DNA of 64,000 nucleotides from contig OY970172.1 in the NCBI GenBank assembly GCA_963707655.1, positions 864,001 to 928,000 of the forward strand, read 5' to 3'. Every line of letters starts with the position of its first letter. Within the stretch, counting starts at the first letter, position 1. Under the pieces are notes generated by a model, which had not been told where the DNA came from, searched no databases, and saw nothing but the letters and a program-made list of their open reading frames with translations. The stretch is from an uncultured bacterium (GTDB lineage: Bacteria > Babelota > Babeliae > Babelales > Vermiphilaceae). Shown one piece after another: positions 60,134-64,000 of the stretch. The position numbers and the translations under genes are program-made.

Positions 60134-60967
60134 TTATGATGCAATTGAAAATAGATTGTTTTTCTTACAAATTAATTGTTCTGCGCACAGATCAAAGAGA
60201 TTTTTTTCAATACGCTGTGGGTCACGATCAAGCATGACTAAAAAGTCTGATAATGCAAGATCGTGAAATTGTGTCAGTAGCTTGAGTATCTCCCCTCTTA
60301 TTTGTCTGTCTGAACCGGCAAATGATGATTGTTTTGTGTGATGCGCGCTTGCCCGGCTTGGATTTTTTTTGCTCTTTTTCAGCATCACTCCATAATCCAT
60401 AAGTGCGTAATACCAATCACGCGCGCGTTTCTGGTCGACCGTCGCGTGAATGAGCGGGACAAGTTCTGTATCTTTGATGTCTGTCTTGCCTTTAAAAAAA
60501 GAGTCGATAAAAACAGCCCTGATATTTGTTTCTATGAAAACAGTGGGCGCATTAAAAGCGAATGCTGCAATGGATGAAGCTGTTGCTTTGCCTATGCCGG
60601 GAAACGTAACCAAAATATCAGGAGAAGAGGGAAGACAACCGTTATACTCGCCCATTACCTTTTGTGCAATTTCATGCAGATACTTACCGCGCCTGTTGTA
60701 ACCAAGGCCCTGCCAGTATGTGAGCACGTCTCGCAATGATGCATGCGCTAATTGCTCAAATGATGGGAATCTGTTGATAAACTCATCATATTTTTTTGCA
60801 ACACGATGCGTTTGTGTTTGTTGCAACATAACTTCGGAAACAACTATTTTGTACGGATCATCTATGTGGCGCCATGCGAAGCGTCGCCCATGAGATTCAT
60901 AAAAATCCCAAATTGTTTTTACAAAAACGGATAATGCATTTTGATCGGGCATAGTGGGTATGTTCAT
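60134..60967 (-). CDS. mutY: MutY-like A/G-specific adenine glycosylase (short, no Fe-S cysteines)
   Basis: PYKIVVSEVMLQQTQ, WQGLGYNRR, FPGIGKATA HhH, ALMDYG. Confidence 0.88.
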   Translation of the reverse strand: MNIPTMPDQNALSVFVKTIWDFYESHGRRFAWRHIDDPYKIVVSEVMLQQTQTHRVAKKYDEFINRFPSFEQLAHASLRDVLTYWQGLGYNRRGKYLHEIAQKVMGEYNGCLPSSPDILVTFPGIGKATASSIAAFAFNAPTVFIETNIRAVFIDSFFKGKTDIKDTELVPLIHATVDQKRARDWYYALMDYGVMLKKSKKNPSRASAHHTKQSSFAGSDRQIRGEILKLLTQFHDLALSDFLVMLDRDPQRIEKNLFDLCAEQLICKKNNLFSIAS

Positions 60968-60976
60968 TGTTGTCTG

Positions 60977-63733
60977 CTATTGGGATCTTCCGACTTTTAA
61001 TGTTAATAATTCATCGCTGATCAAAATTTTCTTTGCCGCTTCTTTTACCTGAGCAAGAGTTATTTTATTGAGGGTTGCTGCTCGTGTATCAAAATAGTTT
61101 GCAGGAAATTTATAACGATTCAAAAAGAGAAAAGCTTGTGCGGCATTTTGTCCCGATTCAAAATTGTTTACCATGCTGTTGATAAGCGCTGATTTTGCAT
61201 CTTCGAGTTCCTCTTCTGTTATTGAGTCGATTACCTGATTGAGCGTTGTCAGAATCGCCTTTTCTGCTTCTGCCAATCTATCAAGTGAAACTATTGTTTT
61301 AATAAGCACCATGCCCGGCTGCTCTCCTGCTTGAGCAATCAGTGATCCTTTGATGGTATAAAATAAGCCTGTTGCCTCGCGCAACTGAAACAAGCGTGAA
61401 GCCATTGATCCCAACACGCCACCACCAAAAATCTGATCAAAGAGTAACAACTTGTCGTAATCAGCATTCTTGCGGTCGATTGAAAGAGCCGCCATGCAGA
61501 GAACTACTTGATCGCGGTTTATGGGATAGTGAATCTCAGCTTTTTTTGTTCTCTCCAGGGAAGGGAACTTGATGTCTTCGATTTCACTTTGTTTCCAGTC
61601 AAGCAATGCATTTTCTAAGGACGTCTGCAAGCTTTGCTCATCAAAATCACCGGTTACCGCCAACGTTGCGCCATACGGGTTTACATATTTTTTGTAAAAA
61701 GCAACAATGTCATCCCGTGTTATGGCTGCAATCGATTCTAGCGAACCAAGGCTATTTTTGCTGTATGGGTGACCCGCGTATATTTTTTCTCTGAGCAATT
61801 GACCAGAAAATTGACTGGGCTCATCCCAAAAATTCTTAATTTCTGCGATCATCTGTGTTCGTATTTTTTCAATTTCTTTTTTTTCAAAAGTGGCATTCAT
61901 TAAAACTTCATGCATTATTTCCAAGCCGGTTTTAAGATGCTCTTTGAGAAAGCTCATTGAAAGCCCCCCCGCATATGCCTGGAATGAGATCCCCTTTGAT
62001 TCAAGTTCGCTGGCGAATTGTGCGGCGCTGTATTTTTTGGTTCCTTCAGTCAAAAGCGCCATGGTAAAGGTACACAAGCCTTGTTTATCAAGCGGATCAT
62101 TGAATGATTTTCCTTTAAAACTCAACACAAGATTTATTATGGGTGTTGTATTGTCTTGATGAGACAACACAGTGAGCCCATTGGAAAGTTCGCTCACCTT
62201 TGCTTTTGGATAAGAGAAATTGAGTGGTGCGTGTGGTTGAACTGTTTTGGCATATTTAGCCGGTTCAACGGGAGTTGTTCTTTCTCGTTTTGAAAGAATT
62301 TGTGTGTCCATCGCATCTGAGCGCTGCTGCAAGCGGTGCCATTCACCTTGTTCTGCCGCAGGCAAAGGCAACAAATAACCTTTGTTCAGCGTTGTTGGGC
62401 GCAGGTAAGCGGCGCAGATGGCTTGTACGCTTTTTTGGTAATATTCAATCGGTTGCTTGAAGAGGTTGAATATATAATTTTCTGAACCGGTTGCCAGGTA
62501 ACTCTCACCAATTTCATACGCCTGTTGCTGTGAATTTTCAAGCAATTGATAAAACTGCATTTGGGTAAGGTTGAGCGCACGCTGTACTTCTTGCGCGCTT
62601 ACGCCATTTTTTACTATGTTTTCTATTTCTTCATTTATAATTGCTGCGATCTGATCAATGCTTTCTAGTGTGTTTGGTTCAAAATAAACAAAAAGAAGAC
62701 CATGATCAAACAAGTTCCAAGAAAATGTTTCAAGTGATGTTGCCAGCTGTTTTTCATCAACAATTTTGTTGTATAGTCGAGATGCTTTACCTGAACCCAG
62801 AATCAAATTAATAATTTGTAGCACATCCTCTTCTTGCGCTTTTGCACCGGGGATGGCCCAGGAGAAAAGGCAAGCCGGCTGGGCAATGTCACGATACAAA
62901 GTGACCGACTTTGCGGTAATATCATTGTTCCAATAAAACTGTTCTTTATGATAATTTTCATCCGGAGCAAGCATACCAAAATATTGTTCCGCGAATTTAA
63001 ACGTCTCTTCGGGTGTAACATCCCCAACGACAACTAACGTTGCGTTGTTTGGCACGTAATGTTTTTTGTAGAATTTGTGTAAGTCATCTGAATCAACATC
63101 CCACAGGTCTTGTTTATAGCCTATTACCGGATAATGGTATGGATGATCAGGAAAGATGGCGGCAAGCATGTCTTGCATAAGTGTGCGAATGTAGTTATCG
63201 CGTCCCATTTTTAATTCTTGAATGACCGCTTTCATTTCAGAATTGAGATGATCGTTTTTAAAAGAGCAGTTCACCATGCAATCCGCAATTACCGGCAACA
63301 TCTCTTGCCAGTTCTGTGTTGGCATATCAAAGCGATAACCGGTGTAATCGTAAGAAGTGAAAGCATTGCAAACACCCGATAACTTGTGGGTGAGATCGTT
63401 GATGTCTGATTCTGAAAGCTTTTCCGTTCCCTTAAAAATCATATGCTCAATAAGGTGGGCTATGCCTTTTTCTCCTGTTTTTTCATCTTTTGAACCAACA
63501 TTGTACCATATTTGTATGGATACTTTTGGAACGGCGTGCATAGGGCGCACCAGAACAGTCATCCCATTGCTGAGTGTTTTTTTAAAAACTGCCGGCTGAG
63601 CTGAATTGTTCGAATTTTTCATATAACTGATACCTTGCTCTGAAAAAAAATTTGTTGTTAGTGGATGACAAGTTTCAGCGCTCTGTAACGCGCCCATACT
63701 GAAAATTGCTGAAATTGCTTTTATCATTTTCAT
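60977..63733 (-). CDS. M16 family zinc peptidase (two fused halves)
   Basis: WYNVGSKDE..GIAHLIEHMIFKGT (HXXEH), NAFTSYDYT, SRLFQLREATGLFY. Confidence 0.93.
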   Translation of the reverse strand: MKMIKAISAIFSMGALQSAETCHPLTTNFFSEQGISYMKNSNNSAQPAVFKKTLSNGMTVLVRPMHAVPKVSIQIWYNVGSKDEKTGEKGIAHLIEHMIFKGTEKLSESDINDLTHKLSGVCNAFTSYDYTGYRFDMPTQNWQEMLPVIADCMVNCSFKNDHLNSEMKAVIQELKMGRDNYIRTLMQDMLAAIFPDHPYHYPVIGYKQDLWDVDSDDLHKFYKKHYVPNNATLVVVGDVTPEETFKFAEQYFGMLAPDENYHKEQFYWNNDITAKSVTLYRDIAQPACLFSWAIPGAKAQEEDVLQIINLILGSGKASRLYNKIVDEKQLATSLETFSWNLFDHGLLFVYFEPNTLESIDQIAAIINEEIENIVKNGVSAQEVQRALNLTQMQFYQLLENSQQQAYEIGESYLATGSENYIFNLFKQPIEYYQKSVQAICAAYLRPTTLNKGYLLPLPAAEQGEWHRLQQRSDAMDTQILSKRERTTPVEPAKYAKTVQPHAPLNFSYPKAKVSELSNGLTVLSHQDNTTPIINLVLSFKGKSFNDPLDKQGLCTFTMALLTEGTKKYSAAQFASELESKGISFQAYAGGLSMSFLKEHLKTGLEIMHEVLMNATFEKKEIEKIRTQMIAEIKNFWDEPSQFSGQLLREKIYAGHPYSKNSLGSLESIAAITRDDIVAFYKKYVNPYGATLAVTGDFDEQSLQTSLENALLDWKQSEIEDIKFPSLERTKKAEIHYPINRDQVVLCMAALSIDRKNADYDKLLLFDQIFGGGVLGSMASRLFQLREATGLFYTIKGSLIAQAGEQPGMVLIKTIVSLDRLAEAEKAILTTLNQVIDSITEEELEDAKSALINSMVNNFESGQNAAQAFLFLNRYKFPANYFDTRAATLNKITLAQVKEAAKKILISDELLTLKVGRSQ

Positions 63734-63761
63734 GTGTCATCCCTTTTTTATAATCAATCTT

Positions 63762-64000
63762 TTAAAAACTAACGCTTATATTGGCGCCGATTACGGGAAC
63801 AAGCGCAATGTTTTTTCCTTTAAATGGAATGCGCGCATATGCTGATACATACGGAATAGCATGGCTTTCTTTTGTGCAATGATCTGAAAAATCATAATCA
63901 GCAACAACGTATATATGGTGCATAACCCATTCTTGCAAGCTTGTTGCCGTGTTGGCAACATTTGTTGAGAAAGCGCATGTTGCAAATGAAAGGGTGTCGG
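63762..64000 (-). CDS. 3' end of a probable outer-membrane protein (partial; not in the ORF track)
   Basis: Open minus-strand frame ...PYVSAYARIPFKGKNIALVPVIGANISVSF* ending in a Phe beta-signal. Confidence 0.55.
   Translation of the reverse strand, partial: DTLSFATCAFSTNVANTATSLQEWVMHHIYVVADYDFSDHCTKESHAIPYVSAYARIPFKGKNIALVPVIGANISVSF

Noticed and set aside
280..63599. Numerous 60-165-aa ORFs antisense to or nested in long genes
   Set aside because: Shadow ORFs of well-supported genes with no motifs or independent RBS evidence.
63791..63985. 64-aa ORF from the ORF track
   Set aside because: A different minus-strand frame, open from the window edge to 63762 and ending in a beta-signal Phe, is more protein-like.

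Overview
This 64-kb window is bacterial chromosomal DNA of moderately low GC. Gene content (T2SS, many signal-peptide hypotheticals, a WD40/CaaX protein, short MutY) suggests a protist-associated intracellular bacterium, probably Ca. Dependentiae/Babelota (TM6); this is inference only. (1) 1.0-15.7 kb is a 14-gene glycosylation island: Gmd, Fcl, two Ugd-family dehydrogenases, two NodZ-like fucosyltransferases, an ABO-type GT6, a GT2, other GT-like proteins and two SAM methyltransferases. Every gene, including the normally cytoplasmic nucleotide-sugar enzymes, has an N-terminal signal-peptide-like extension. This is the top candidate for an undescribed system: an exported glycan-building pathway. 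(2) 17.6-26 kb is a type II secretion operon with two secretins. (3) A full-length enolase has lost most of its catalytic residues. (4) Housekeeping genes: dcd, truA, typA (frameshifted), rpsF-rpsR, rnhB, ftsY, prmC, mutL, aspS, nfo, nusA-infB, mutY-like and comEC (frameshifted). (5) Arrays of putative secreted effectors: Inc-like hairpin paralogs, tail-anchored coiled-coil proteins and a Skp1-like/WD40/CaaX protein. (6) A probable replication origin at about 56.85-57.17 kb has nine variant TTATCCACC DnaA boxes, DnaA-trio-like repeats and an AT-rich element, with no dnaA in the window. No rRNA, tRNA, CRISPR array or recognisable mobile element was seen.
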